A stretch of 64,000 nt of DNA from Octopus sinensis (lineage: Eukaryota), in the NCBI RefSeq assembly GCF_006345805.1, contig NW_021831731.1, forward strand, positions 124,001 through 188,000. Direction: 5' to 3'. A program made the translations under genes and the position numbers. Below, one piece after another: positions 63,856-64,000 of the stretch. Position 1 is the stretch's first letter. Each line of letters begins with the position of its first letter. Below the pieces are notes generated by a model. It worked only from the letters and a program-made list of their open reading frames with translations, was not told the DNA's origin and made no database searches.

Positions 63856-64000
63856 CGCGGCCGCTCGCGCGCTGCCGCGTTGCCTCCCTCGCGGGAGGGC
63901 GGCGCGCGGCGTTAGCAGGACCGCCCGAAAAGCCGCCCGCTGCTACCCGCTGCCGCCGGTCAGTGGTGTGTATCGGCAACTTACCCAACCCGTCTTAAAA
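63856..64000 (+). rRNA. 28S (LSU) rRNA fragment, 3' end of the D2 expansion segment; probably a dispersed pseudogene; runs off the window
   Basis: Abrupt very GC-rich hairpin-forming tract ending ACCCAACCCGTCTTAAAA, versus the universal LSU ACCCGACCCGTCTTGAAA(CACGG) (two G>A changes). Confidence 0.75.

Overview
AT-rich eukaryotic (animal) non-coding DNA, saturated with microsatellites and transposable-element debris. I found no intact host protein-coding gene, CRISPR array or operon. The SINE families and repeat landscape resemble those I know from Octopus (cephalopod) genomes; this is inference and was not verified. Main contents: (i) several R4/Dong-type non-LTR retrotransposons (RT + CCHC + restriction-like endonuclease) lodged in microsatellites, most in (TAA)n and one between (CATA)n arrays; (ii) a ~555-bp non-coding retroposon with 3 copies, all inside (TAA)n; (iii) Penelope-like elements (RT + GIY-YIG) and at least three families of minimal hammerhead-ribozyme motifs, one carried by a tRNA-headed SINE with an inverted ribozyme copy and a 13-bp target-site duplication (TSD); (iv) an RTE LINE nested in a Penelope element (12-bp TSD); (v) a near-complete mariner, a mariner MITE, a piggyBac-type MITE and Tc1/mariner relics; (vi) a ~1.2-kb templated duplication and several fold-back inverted repeats; (vii) a GC-rich 28S rRNA fragment at the right edge, abutting a decayed LINE. 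Most long ORFs in the supplied track are translated microsatellites. All alignments and translations were done by eye; boundaries of decayed elements are approximate.
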